Shown: positions 14,453 through 27,190, counted from the stretch's first letter. The stretch is 64,000 bases of DNA from Euglena gracilis (GCA_039621445.1 CP154954.1:13386716-13450715), one strand, 5' to 3'. Notes: generated from the sequence alone by a model not told the origin. Program-made: numbers and translations.

Positions 14453-16310
14453 CCCCCTAAGATGTGGAGCATTTTTAGAACTTCAAGACCAGTGTGTCCT
14501 CAACGCCCCCCCAAAGTGGCCACCCTCCAGGCACTGTGGGCAGGGATGGGCGACCCGATTTTTCTCGTTTTTGGCGGAAAAAGAAAATTCGCAAAAAAAT
14601 GGAAATTTCGCAAAAAAGGAGAAGCGCAAAAAGGAGGTGTTTCCGATTTATTTTGTCCAGGCTGGATGGCTGACATGGCTGAAGTCTTAGGCAGCGTTAA
14701 CTTCCATCATGGGGGTTTGATACTTTTTCCCGTGGTGCATACTTTGAAAAATTTTGGCTGTGTTGAAACCTGGGCCCTCCTTCGAAAAACATGGTTTTGG
14801 GCACTCAAAAATACTCGTACAAAAATTTTCAACTTTTCAGCCCGGAAATGCACAGCCCCCACAAGGTTCAGTGGAGGGGTATGGGGGGGGGGGGGCGGGG
14901 AGGGGGGGTTGGGGGGGGGGGGGGGGATGCTGGGGGGGTGTGGCGGGCGGTGGGTAGGTTGTAGGGGGGGACAAATTGCAAATGTGTGCACCAAATTTTG
15001 CAATTGCTCAATCCCCAAAAAAAATGCATGGGTTTCAGACATATGTTGCAAAAACTGCAGCCCTTACTGGTCAAGTGTGGAGGGGTGTGGGGGTGAGGTG
15101 GCTGATTTTTTTGAAGTTTTTTTCAATGGTTTTCAAACGAGGTACCAGTTTGGGAGCCGCCATAAATCGTTATTTTTCCTTTTGGAGTTAGCCAGTTTTT
15201 GATTTTGTGATTTCATTTTTGCTCAAATTTTGAAAAAAATTCCGGTGGCCGTATATATTGCAAAAACGGAGCCCGCACCGGTCCAGTGTGGGGGGGGATG
15301 TGGGGGGGGGGAGGGTAAATGTCTGGTGTCGGCTCCAGTTTTTGCAATACCATAACCCCCCCTAAATGAGCCCCCCTTTGTCGGTTCTGGACCCTGCTTT
15401 TGCCGTTTTCACGGCCACCAATGAGGTTCCGGTGGCCTACAGCCACCGCGCGGGGGGGGGGGGGGGGGCTGCCCCACCAAACAGCAGCAACCCTGCCCCC
15501 TTCCATCATTACCAACCCCCCCACACCCCCACACCCCCAAACACACAGTTTTATGCTTGAAAAACCGTTGAAAAAACGTTTAAAAATCTTTCTGGAAAAA
15601 TTTCAATATCAAAGCAAAAATGAAATCGCAAAATCAAAACTAAGGTGTGCAAGAGAGTGTGAGAGAGAGAGTGAGAGAGAGATAAAGGAGAGAGATGAGA
15701 GTTTCACACAAAATGGAAGATTTTTCGATTGTCACAAAAATTTCGGAAACCGTTGAAAAATCGATCCTACGCGCCGGCTGGGACAGGGGAAAACACCTGG
15801 GTGAAAAAACAGGCGTTGACCTGAGCCCACCAACCCCTGGAGAAAGCGCAGGCCCCACCCCGGAAACGCCACCCCCCTGCTGTCGGTGGTTATCCACGAC
15901 AGCAAGGAGCCCTCCGGGCCCACCGAGGACCCCTCCGGGCCCTCGGCCCACCGGGACTCGGCGGTCGCGGAGGTGGAGATAGGGGGTGGCACCGGTGAAC
16001 AGGGGGTCTTATATGGGGGGTCGCTAAGCTCTTATCTCTTTAGAGTAAGAGCGAAGCTTACCACCGGGGTTGGAGACCCCCCCTGACCCCCCCGCCCCCC
16101 CGCCCCCCCCCCTGAGTAGGCAAGGAGTCCAGCGGAATGTCGTTGTGACCAAATTTCCGGGTGCCCAAAATGAATGGCCTATAGGCTAGGAGATGGTCCC
16201 AAGTTTCTAACGCACCCCCATAATAGCTCTAACTCCCCGCCAGTCCAGAGATATGCCCCGCAAAAAAAGTTGTGTATCGTTGTTTTTTTTAGGGAAATTG
16301 CAGGTCTTTT

Positions 16311-16991
16311 TGGGGTCAAAAAATCGAAAAATTCAAAATATCTCGAAAACGCTGCGGAGTTGAGGAAAAGTAATGGGGACCTCATTTCACATCTTTGGAA
16401 CGCCCTATCGATCGGTATGCGTGCTTTGGGCCAACTCCTTGCCTAGCCCGAGATACGGCCGTTTTGTGGTTTTGAGCCAGTTTTGCCAGTTTTGGCCATT
16501 TCGGGCCCGTTCAGGGCCCAAAACTGTAAATGGGCCGTATCTCGAGCTAGACGAGCAGTTGGGACCCAAACCAGGGGGTCAATCATGCGGTTTAGGGAGG
16601 GGTTTTGACCGTTCTTGGGGGTTCCCGGGGCGTGGTTGTGCGATTTTGGGCCAGTTTTGGTTGTGTGATTTTCGGCCAGTTTTGGGTATTCGGGGACCCC
16701 TGCGGGGGTTCGAGGGCGGCCAGGCTGGGGTCAAAAAATCGAAAAATTCAAAATATCTCGAAAACGCTGCGGAGTTGAGGAAAGGTAATGGGGACCTCAT
16801 TTCACATCTTTGGAACGCCCTATCGATCGGTATGCGCGGTTTGGGCCAACTCCTCGCCGAGCCCGAGATACGGCCGTTTTGTGGTTTTGGGCCAGTTTTG
16901 CCAGTTCTGGCCATTTCGGGCCATTTCGGGGCCCGAAACCGTAAATTGGCTGTATCTCAGGCCAGACGAGGAGTTGGGACCCAAACCAGGG
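16311..16991 (+). repeat. Direct duplication of ~265 bp at 415-bp spacing; part of a dispersed repeat family also seen at ~8560-9525 and ~29000-29650
   Basis: TGGGGTCAAAAAATCGAAAAATTCAAAATATCTCG at 16311 and 16726; shared AAAATATCTC / GGCCGTATCTCG / GAAATGTCCGGAG motifs in the other copies. Confidence 0.8.
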
Positions 16992-17155
16992 AGGTGGGAT
17001 TCAACTGGGTGGGGTATGTGGCCGGCAAGTATCTATTTACAAGTTCCCAGAGGGATGAAGTTTTGCAACAACTGGAGAATGAAGAACTGACGCCAGAAAA
17101 TAGTACTGCCGTGGCTGCCATTTGGGCTCCCACCTCAATCTTTCGATCCATGGCA

Positions 17156-17888
17156 CAGGGTTGGGCAATTAACCGTTATTATTGGGGTCAAGCGATTAAC
17201 CATGGTTAACTGGGGGTCAACAAGCGATTAACCAATTTTCGATTAACTGTGCTTTCCCCTCGATTAATTTCGATTAACCGCCACAAAAAAATTCAAAGTT
17301 TCCCTTCCCTTGAGTAGTGTTGTTGAGTAATGCTGCAACTTTTCTGCCTCCTCAAAATCCTCAAAATGCGTCAAGACGCTTTCACCCAAACGACAAGCCT
17401 CATGCATTGGAGGTATGTTTTACAAATCTTCCATCAAACGTTGAAGTGAGTGCGCAGCGCAACGCACTTGAAAAATCTATAAAAATAATTGGTAGCACGT
17501 GCCTTGCCACAGATGCCCTAATGGAAAATGTGTTCATGATCACAAATTTCAGGGCAAGCATTTGGCGGGCTGAACACGTTTTTAAACAGCCAGCAAAATC
17601 AATGATTTCCTGCGACAATTCTTTCCTTGAAAAAGAGAAATGAAAACTTAAAATAATTTTGCACAAAGAACCTTCCAAACGGCCCATGTGGCACACAACT
17701 TTTCCCTTTCGGTCAACACCGGCTCAATGGGTGGCACAAACTTCAAAAAAAAAGTCGATTAACCGGGGGGGGCACAAGCGATTAACCGTTTTTCGATTAA
17801 CCATGGTTAATTGTCCCCCCCACAAACGATCGATTAACTGGGGGGGTCACAAGCGATTAACCGTTTTTCGATTAACCATCCAACCCTG
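17156..17888. mobile_element. Non-autonomous TIR transposon (CAGGGTTGG family), 7-bp TSD, inserted in the Helitron fragment
   Basis: TIR CAGGGTTGG/CCAACCCTG; TSD CATGGCA; subterminal CGATTAACC repeats; ends shared with 23977-24681. Confidence 0.88.
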
Positions 17889-18709
17889 CATGGCATTAAC
17901 AACACATTTCAAAAGGACGGCATAATCTTCCTTCGCTTGCATTCACCCAGGACATGACGCAAGACTGATAAAACCCCACCCAATTTCAGAGGGTTCTTTG
18001 TACAATATCCCACGACATAATTTGCCAATGCCAGCACCCCTCCTAGAGTTTGCGCATTTGAGGTACAAGATAGGACAAAAGATACAAGTTTGATGCAATC
18101 GACGACGCGGCCATCACATTTGTGTGGTCGCTTCGTTTCCCATACCACCAAGTGGCTATCTACTGTGAGATCCTGTGCAATATTTGCCATATGTTCCAAT
18201 GGAATCTCCTGTAAATCACCACCGTCCACCGGTTTCCATTTTACACGCAACAAAAAGGTGGGGCCTTGTTTCGGCTAAGTGGGACCCACACGCACGCGGC
18301 AGTTGCGAACAATGGATTAATGTGCTTCAGCACGACAAGCCATTTTATCAACTTATCCCAATTGACAGTGAAAATTCATTCGATTTTGGCCCTGCTGCGT
18401 CCAGTTGCCAAGACTTGATCCCATTGGGCTTTGCCCCCAAAAATAAAACTTTGGTTTCTTTCAACCGAGCCACATTTGGAAGAACCAAAATGGTTTGTTC
18501 CAACCCTTCATGGGGAAAAGAGATTGTGTTTCCCTTGATGCCCCAGCCCACGCCATGACCACCCCCTATGGCCACCAGTTTCACTATTGTGATGCAGGTC
18601 CGGACAGGGGCAATGAGGCGTTCCTCCGGCGCTGTCAATTCAGGCAACCCTGACCTTATGCCAAAATGTTTTCCCTAGCAACAGATCGTGGTGGTCGAAT
18701 TGGGCTTGG

Positions 18710-18889
18710 CCCAATACCCCCCCCCCCCATATTGTCCCCCATATTGTCCCTCGGCCCGGCCGACGGGGGGTTTTTTTGGCTCGGCCAATGAAATTCCTTT
18801 GGTACCCCCATATTGTCCCCCCCCCATATTGTCCATTTAGGGTCCCAGTGGGAAGGTGGTTGGGACAATAAGGGGGGGGGGGTAAGTGA
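18710..18889. mobile_element. MITE interrupting the Helitron fragment
   Basis: Inverted ends TACCCCCCCCCCCCATATTGTCCC / GGGACAATAAGGGGGGGGGGGTA; the Helitron-like peptide resumes on both sides. Confidence 0.65.
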
Positions 18890-20772
18890 TTTTCTGGCAA
18901 TGTTTGCAAACATGCACATCTTCGGCTTCAGGGACACCATGCAACCAATCGAAATTCACCCCGTGTTGTGCAATGCAAAGGTGGCAATGGTACTGGGGGG
19001 GAGGGATTTTGGCCAACCACTCTTGTTCGACATCATTCAATTGCAGCACGTGCAAAGAATCAAGTGGAACGGGTTTCATTTCAATGAAATCTTCAACACC
19101 ACACACTTGACAAATATTTATGTTGTCAAAGACACCAACTTCCTTCCCATTCTTTCGGCATGCATCCCATAAATTTGCCATTGTAAATCCCTGGCATTAC
19201 ATCTCTAGTTTGCCCGCTCTTTTTCCTGCTAAGGCAGAATTAGGGGACAGAAAGACAGAAGCACAGTGTTGCACCGCAAAAAAAAGTTGTAAAAATGAAA
19301 AGCTCCCCCGAGGGGGGGGGGGCTTGGACATAGGAGGGGATGGACCCTCCCCCCGTTCACTTTGGGAACTGAACTGCCCCCGTGAAGGCGGGGGGTCCAG
19401 TGGCAAGAGGGGTAAGCAAGAGGGGGGGGGGCCAGACTCCCCCAATAAATGGATCATCCAGATTGTTCGACCAGGATTGACCACTTGGGGGGGGGGTTTG
19501 GAGGCCGAACTGGATGCCAAACCTGGACAAAATTTCTGCAACTAGATCGGGTCCTCAAGATGCCGATTTGGTGATTTTTTGGAGTCTTACTACGCACTAA
19601 TGGAAAAAAGATCCACTCCATTGAAGTTTCAAAGGGCAACTGTGCAAAAAACCCAATCCGAATGCAAAAATTGTCAGAACAAAGGCAAATAATTTAGGAT
19701 AAAGTGCAAACACTTTTGAGATAAAATACAAACAAATTGGTGGTATTTGCAAACGTTTTTAAAATAAAGTGCAAAAAAAAACTGACTAGATGTGGAAAAA
19801 TGTATGGTGTGGAATGCGGAAAGTCGGTTGTTTGGTGTAGGAGCTCCTGGCAATTTTTTTCGGACTACAAGATTCTAAAACATCAAATTATTCAGCATTG
19901 CGGTGAAAGAAATACTGAAATATTTCACCTGAAATATTTCATGAAAATTTCAGGAATGTATTTCCCCTTGGTGAAACATGGACCCTTCCTAGTTAGCCAA
20001 GTTAGCCACCCAAAATATGCCAAAAAAAAAACAGTTTTGGGCTGTTTGGGGACCCCATTTTGACCCCCCGGGCCCCTGGAGACCAGGTAATAGCAAGCTC
20101 AAAGGAGTTCACAGAATCCACTCCAAAGAAGGAATTTGCGGACATTCCCACCCCTATTTGACTGGATTTTGAATGGATTTTAATGGGACATGCACGCAAT
20201 GGAAGGCCGAAAAGTCTAGCATTGCAAATTTCGCGTAATTTAAGCTTTTGGACCGCGTCAAGGATGGCCCTCCCACCCAGCCAGCACTGCCACATTTTGG
20301 TGACAGAGGCAGCCCAACCAGACACCACTGCCAGTTTGACTTGAAACATTGCCCCCCCCCCAGCCAGCACTGCCATATTTTGGGGGACACCACGGGCAGC
20401 CATAGTGGACATTTTTTTTGTTTTTTTTTAAAAAAACAAAATAATGTTTTTTTTGTTTTATGTTTGTTGTAATAATGTTTGTTTTTTTTAAAAAAAAACA
20501 TTGTTAGAATTAAAAAAAAACAACGTCAAAAAAAAAACAGCCCAGCCCACTATGCGGGCAGCCCAGGAAGAAACCATGAACACACCTTGGCCTGCAACAT
20601 ACAGATATGCGCCAAATTCTGTGGAACACTAAAACTCGCGCTCCCTTTTTCCGAGGGGTTTTATTAAATCAATTAAACCCCTTGGGCATGGCAGAGCCGC
20701 GAAATAAAACCCCGCGTAATAATCCCCCCGCAAATTTTGTACCGTTGGTGTTTCCTTGTGCTCTTTTTTCTA

Positions 20773-21044
20773 CAGATAACGTGACCCCCCCCCATATTTG
20801 GCCGCCCTCCGGGCGGCCCGGACCCCCCTTCTGGCCAATTAGGGGGGGGGACAATTAGGGGGGGTTACCCCTAACCCCCCCCCCTAATTGGCCACCTGGG
20901 CCCCGTCCTTCATAGTCGCGAACCCCCGAAAAACACCCGAACAAAGGCATTTTCCCTTGAAATGAGTACCCCCCCCCTAATTGGCCACCTGGGCTCTGGC
21001 CAATTGGGGGGGGGGACAAATAAGGGGGGGGTCACGTTACATTG
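20773..21044. mobile_element. MITE with ~20-bp TIR
   Basis: TAACGTGACCCCCCC / GGGGGGGTCACGTTA; internal CTAATTGGCCA repeats. Confidence 0.7.
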
Positions 21045-21871
21045 GTGTCGGTGCTTATGGGAATATCCAAGTTTTCTGGTCTTCATCATCGCACGCCAAG
21101 CAACTTTCTTTTTGATGAGGTGTGCCTGTTGGGAAAGTTATGAGCTCACTACCCCTTTGCAGTCTCAACGTGGCTATCGATATTCCTGGCAACAAGAGGT
21201 CGCAGCGACCTGCGCAAAACGGCTGTGCGTGTTTCAGTTTTGTTTTTTCCCCCTCCCCCAACCCCCCAAACTGCAAAGTATCTCACAGTGGACAGTAAAA
21301 AAGCCTGTCGTCAGCACCGAAGTTGTTCCAAAAATAGTTTACATTTTTGAACAGTTTTTGCCCAATTCCCCCCCCCCCCCGGCCTCCGTGTGGACTCGCC
21401 CTGAAAACGGCACTGGTGTGGACTATTGACGCGGACATTGTCATCGACCGTGCCAACGGGGTTGAACAACCTGCCGGGGGTCCGTCGGCCGAGGACGTGG
21501 ACGCTCTGATGCAGGACTCCGGCATCTGCCTTGTGGTTGATCCCGTTCTGAGCGAAGATAAAGACATGGCGCACGTCAGGCTCCGGGTCTGAGTCCAACG
21601 CCAGCAACCAGGAGAAGGAAGATGAGGCTGTGGCCAGAGCCCTGCAGGAGGCTCTTACAGCTGGTCGTCGAGTCCTTCTGGATCGTCGTTCAGGGGTGTT
21701 TTCCTGTTTTGGGTCCCCCCCAACCTGTTTCCCGTCTGTCCCCGGGGAGTTCCACCCACAGCCTGGCAGTAAAACGAGGCCGAATTGGCCTTTTTTTGGG
21801 GTGGTTTTCAGGGTTTTCCAATTTACCAGTGCAGCTGCCAGCCAAGGTTCGCAAAGTCCTGGGCAAACTTG

Positions 21872-22438
21872 TAGTTAGTGCGCCGCCGCGGCGCTCATGC
21901 CGCGGTGCAAAAAAAATTTCCGCGGTGGTCGCGGCACACAGAAACATTTTGCCGCGGCTGTCGCGGCACAAGCAAAATTTATTGCCGCGGTGGTCGCGGC
22001 GCAAGCGGAAAATTTTTCCGCGGTGGTTGCGGCACAAAAAAATTTTCTGCCCGGAGCTCAAGAACGTATTGGCAGCAACACAACTCCAAAAAAACAACTA
22101 AATTGATAGATGGTGAAAGCTGATCTGTGAAAACAAACAAGAACACTTGCGCAAAAGTTCACTCCCTGCTGCCAAATAACCTTCTCAGCCATGGTCGAGA
22201 AAGTATCAAAGAGGCCAGGCAAGGGATGGGACCGAATTTAAAAAAAACAATTGCCGCGGCGGTCGCGGCACAAACTTCAAATCAAAAGTTTCCGCGGCGG
22301 TCGCGGCGCACACATAAACCTGTGCCGCGGCATTCGCGGCGCACAGAAAAATTTTTGCCGCGGCGCTGCCGGTTACAAAAAAAATTTTTCCGCGGTGGTC
22401 GCGGCGCACGGAAACAATTTTTCCGGTCGCACTAACCC
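21872..22438. mobile_element. TIR element with two subterminal arrays of ~33-35 bp GCCGCGGTGGTCGCGGC units
   Basis: GTTAGTGCG/CGCACTAAC inverted ends; arrays at ~21885-22050 and ~22250-22420. Confidence 0.6.
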
Positions 22439-23913
22439 CAAGTATGGTCCTGGGGGGGACCGACCAATTTTTGCTCCAACCAGCAACCAACCCCCCAGGG
22501 TCCTTCAGTAAAATATGTGGCATCTTGCCCCTGTTCCTGGGGCCTGGCGAGGGCCAAGCGACTTTGCACAACAGCATCCGCATCGTCTAACTCTTGAGCC
22601 GGGAGTATCCTTTGCACTCCTCCCTGGCAGTCTGCCACGTGGCCGTCTGCATTTTTTGTGTGGTTTCAGTTTCTTCCCCCACCCCCCGCCAAAAGGGAGC
22701 ATGTTTTTTTTCCATTCACTTCGCCAACTGGGGGGCCGAGTGTGGGTGGGAACCCCCCCCCCCGGAGGGGTTGGGCCAGAGATTTTTGAAAAGTTTCGGG
22801 CCGTGGGGGGCCTCCCCCCGGGGGGGGGGGGGGGGTTGGGCCAGGTTGGGTACCTGAGTTTTCAGCGCCAAGCGCTCGGAAATTATTTCGGCCCAAAATT
22901 TCCTTAAAACCCCTACCAACACTTCTTTCGAGTTTTGTTGTTTCGTGTTCAAACAGAACCGAAAGAATGCGTCATACGTGTGGACATTTCGGGTGAACCG
23001 CACATTCAGGACGCCACATTGGCATTTGTGCACTTTGTTTATCAACCCTTTTTTTTTGGTAATGATTGTCGCCTTGGTTTTCATGGACCAACTACTCAGT
23101 TCGGTTTGGACAAAAATGTTATCCCCCACAAGTTAAACCCAGCAGGACTGGTCCGATGGCTTGAAAGAAACCCTCCCCCCCAAAAAAACTTGCACTTGCC
23201 CCTGTTTCAACCTGTCACGTTCGGCAGAGGCCACTAACTCAAGACAAAGAAGGGGTCGTGTAGGGTGCCCATCTTGCCTTTGTGTGCTGCGAAAGTGAGG
23301 TCCCTCCGTCCCTGGTCACGGTTTTCCTGAGAATGCTAGTTCTTTGGCAATATCCCGCCGGGAGATTCGAAAAAAAACTAAAGCCAGGCCACCGCGCGGA
23401 ATTAATCCCTCGGACGGGGCGAGCCCGCGGATTAAGACACTTCGGTTTAAATCCCCACGATGTTAGTTGCACGCGATGTTTGGCGCACTCCTGTAGGCTC
23501 CGAGTTTTGGCCTGGGGGGGAAGTGGGGGTCGACCATGGTCGGCCCACGGTCGTCCCGGTCGCCTCGGTCGCCCTCGGTCGCCCTCGGTCGTGGGGGGGT
23601 CGACCGAGAAGGTTGTGGGGTCGACCGAGAAGGTTGTTGGGGTCGACCGAGGGCGACCATGGTCGACCCCCACCCCACAACCGAACCCCCTCCCACTTAG
23701 GGTTGTGCCTGGACTGGAAAAATAAAATATTTTTCAATTCAATTGAAAAATTTCATGAAAAATTTCAAAATATGAAAAATATTTTGAAAAATATGAAGAC
23801 GCGGTTCCCAATTTAGGAAGGTGGTCCTCATTTTTGCTCCCGAGCCGTAAATGAAATCCCAGTGTCCACGCATGCCTTTGCGAAATGAATTTGACCAATC
23901 CCTGGGGGTGGCT

Positions 23914-25864
23914 CAGGGTTGCATATAGGTATAGGTTCAGCAAAAGACCTATACCTATATGTCGACAACCTATACCCAGGGTTGGGCAATTAACCGTTAT
24001 TATTGGGGTCAAGCGATTAACCATGGTTAACTGGGGGTCAACAAGCGATTAACCAAATTTCGATTAACTGTGCCTTTCCCTCGATTAATTTCGATTAACC
24101 GCCACAAAAAAAAATTTCAAAGTGTCCCTGCCCTTGAGTAGTGTTGTACACCTTGCCAAATTGGTTCCTGAAAACATCATCCCCAAACCAGAGCTTAGAC
24201 TATCATTCATTGGATGGATCATGAGCCAAACAAACCAAAAAAAATGAAAACCACACGGATCCGTTGCCTCAGATAGCCAAGTTGGCGTAAATTCATTCTA
24301 ACAAACATGAGCGCATCAACGGAGCAATCACTAAGGCGATTGCGCATCACTGGGGTCACAGCTTCATTTATCTGATGATAATCACCACCCCTCCTCCGAA
24401 GGGTGTTGCAGTTGAAAATTGCCTCTTTTCCAAAAGGCAAATTCAATTACCCACACAACGAGGTCCATCCCCCACTTGGTGTCTAAGTCCCCAAAGGGTA
24501 GAGAAATGTTCCCAAACCCAAGACATCTTTGATTTCTGCAAAAAGGTCGATTAACTGGGGGGGCCACAAGCAATTAACCGTTTTTCGATTAACCATGGTT
24601 GATTGTCCCCCCCACAAACGATCGATTAACTGGGGGGGGTCACAAGCGATTAACCGTTTTTCGATTAACCATCCAACCCTGCTATACCTATACCTATACC
24701 AAAACGTCACTGACATGTCTCCAAAAAAATCCCCACCCCATCTCAAAACCTTCGCACCAAGGAAAGAGCAAAAGGAAGTGAAAATGATGGCTCTTCTTCC
24801 TTGTGATCGGATCACCGACACAAACGACTGATTCTTGTGTCAGAAGTGCCAAAACTGTGAGACAACATCGGCAGAAAGATGGTGAAAATAAAAATGGCAA
24901 ATTCAGCCAATTCTTGGACAACGGGTAGTTTGCCTTGCCAATACAAATTTGGGTCACGGTAAAAATATTATCATCACAAAAGGGGTTCATTCCGAGAGTG
25001 TGATCTTGGGGGACAAGTCCGTTCTCCATAGAAATTCCAGCCTAAAAGAGAGTTTGGACTTTTTTTTGCAAACAGGATTTGCACCCCAAATACAAATTCA
25101 ACTGGCTTCAAAAACTCAGATTCAAAACACGTTTGGCCTCAGTCAAACGATCAGAAGGCCACAAGGAAACATCTCGATTGTCTGCATCTGCACTCTTTGG
25201 TTTTTTCAAACTACCACCCCACCAACGCCCTGAAAACCCCCTAGGGGGTGTCATTTATGGGGGGGTGTCACTTATGTGGGGTCCCCAAAAAAGCAAGGCA
25301 AACCCTTGGGCAAGTCATCGTCTGAAAAAAAAATCCAACCTGGGAAGGGGTAGTGTCACTTATGGGGGGGGTGTTTTCCGGGGTGGTCACTTTTGCAAAA
25401 AGCATTCTTCAAACCGGCGATGCTCTCCCTCCTTTTTGTTACGCAGCCTTTCTTTTGGGTTTGACACCGGCTTCTTTTGAGAAATAAGTGGGCGCATGGG
25501 CGAATTTGCCGTGGGAAAACGGGCTGAAAAAAAATTGTATTGATTTTTCCAACACTTTTTCCCATGAAAATTGCCGTCCCGACCCGAAAATTGGCCAAAA
25601 AAGCAACTTTTTTCACATTTTTCGGCTTGGAGGAAGACATAATCTCTTCGGAATGGAAGACATGAAGCTGCAAAGAAGGTTGGGTGAAAAAGCATCCAAC
25701 AAAAACACGGGCAAACAATTCCTTGCAATGTCGTTCATATTTCCCCCAAAAAATGTTTTTGGTCACGACATAAAGGAGATATAGGAGATATAGGAGGTGG
25801 AAAAACCTATACCTATACCTATACCTATATCTCCTACATCCCTATATTCCTATATGCAACCCTG
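23914..25864. mobile_element. TIR element with 7-bp TSD (middle of nest)
   Basis: Perfect 16-bp TIR CAGGGTTGCATATAGG/CCTATATGCAACCCTG; TSD GGTGGCT; subterminal CCTATA repeats. Confidence 0.9.
23977..24681 (-). mobile_element. TIR element with 7-bp TSD carrying a hAT dimerisation-domain remnant (inner element of nest)
   Basis: TIR CAGGGTTGG/CCAACCCTG; TSD CTATACC; minus-strand VTPVMRNRLSDCSVDALMFVRMN (~24290-24360) matches the hAT C-terminal R-N-R-L...L-M-F...N pattern. Confidence 0.88.
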
Positions 25865-26293
25865 GGTGGCTTCTAAAATGCCTTTTGTGCGGGTTAAATT
25901 TCATTCTGCTCACGGGCAACGGCTCAAAATTGAAATATGGCACCCTTGCGACTCGAATCACCCAACGCGGGTTGGTCAAATTCATTTCCCAAAGGCATGC
26001 GGGATTTCCTTTACGGCTCAAGAGCGAGGAATGATCATAAATCTAGTGACGACGTAGAAGGATGCCGTAGCTCCCCATGTGAACCTTGTGACTCCCATGT
26101 GACCCCCTTGTGACCCCCCTTTGTGACCTCGTGTAAGAATATCTGCAAATGAATAACACTTGAGACCCTTGGGCCATCAAACGCCAGTGCAAAACCCGCA
26201 TGTGACAGAAATTCTTCAATTATGGGGGTGCCCCCCCCCCCCCGGTTCCAAACTTTGGATCACATTCCAATTTGGGTGGGGTCGTTGGGTCAC

Positions 26294-26330
<37 letters not shown>

Positions 26331-27190
26331 GTCCCGAACCACCCCCTATGCAGTATGCAGGACAAATTGGAGAATGGGCCAAAAATGGGCATTTTGGCAA
26401 GGTTTAAGGTTTGGAGGGTTCCATAAAAATTTTGGAAGAAAAGCTTCCCAGACTTGAATTGTCTTGTGTCGGACCCTTCTTTCAGCTCCCAACATGCATG
26501 TAAAGGGGAATGATATTTTTCAAATTTGAAAAATAAAAATATATATTTTTCAATTTTTCAATTGAAATTTTTCAATGAAAAAATTCATTTATTTTTCAGG
26601 CACAACCCTACTCCCACTGTTGCAAGGTTGGTCGCCCTCGGTCGACCCCCACTCCATAACCGCCAATGTCCGCGGGCCCCAAAAATGAAAAAAAAATGTT
26701 TTCTACCTGTATTGGGGGGCAAATCCCCTTTGTTGTTCAACTGTCCGAGGGCCCCAAAATAACAAAATACCTTGTGTTGCCCACCCGTTTTGGGGTGCAA
26801 ATCCCCTTTGTTGTTGAACTTGTCCGAGGGCCCCGAAATAACAAAATCCCTTGTGTTTCCAAGCCATTTTGGGGGCTAATCCATTTTGTTGCTCAACTGT
26901 TTGACTCCCTTCTATGTTGGCAACATACTCCGGGGTTAAGTCGTTTTTGTGGCTCACTTTGGCATAGGCGGGGGGGGCTCCGCCCCCCCCGCACCCCCCC
27001 CTCAAATAACAAAATCCCTTCTATGTTGGCAATATACTTGGAGGGCTAAGTCCTTTTGTGCAAAATTTGACTTATATTGACTTATATACAACGGATAGAG
27101 GTGTTCTTTTGCCAAAAGTGGCCCAAAATGGACATTTTCCCCCAATTTTTTTGCATATTCACCCCCGATTGGGGGGTTCTGGGGCTCCCG

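Larger units (their letters stand above)
16960..19185 (-). pseudogene. Degenerate Helitron-type RepHel fragment (Cys-rich N-terminal region, DUF6570-like segment, Rep tyrosine motif), internally deleted and interrupted by insertions
   Basis: Minus-strand peptides in the expected order: ICQVCG...VHVCKHC (18886-19130); PELTAPEERLIAPVRTCITIVKL...GIKGNTISFP (18400-18647); LSCTSNAQTL...LANYVVGYCTK (YxxxY, ~17995-18075); VVNAMDRKIEVGAQMAATAVL (across the 17156-17888 insertion). Recognised from remembered family motifs, not from a search. Confidence 0.75.
23698..26610. mobile_element. hAT-like TIR element with 8-bp TSD (outer element of a nest)
   Basis: TIR TAGGGTTGTGCCTG / CAGGCACAACCCTA; TSD CTCCCACT at 23690-23697 and 26611-26618. 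Confidence 0.88.

Noticed and set aside
14228-15202. 324-aa Gly-rich ORF and similar Gly/Pro/Lys/Phe-rich ORFs
   Set aside because: Products of G/C and A/T homopolymer-rich repeats spanning MITE boundaries; no domain signal.
16018-16062. Hammerhead ribozyme
   Set aside because: Lacks CUGANGA and GAAA in the required arrangement; kept only as a conserved hairpin.
21400-21690. GC-rich coding-like fragment (DADIVIDRANG...EDEAVARALQEAL)
   Set aside because: Frame-broken, no family recognised and no supporting intron stems; left unannotated.
21885-22420. CRISPR-like array of palindromic GCCGCGGTGGTCGCGGC repeats
   Set aside because: Repeats are degenerate, spacers are short, A/T-rich and similar to each other, there are no cas genes, the context is eukaryotic, and the arrays lie inside inverted termini like transposon subterminal repeats.
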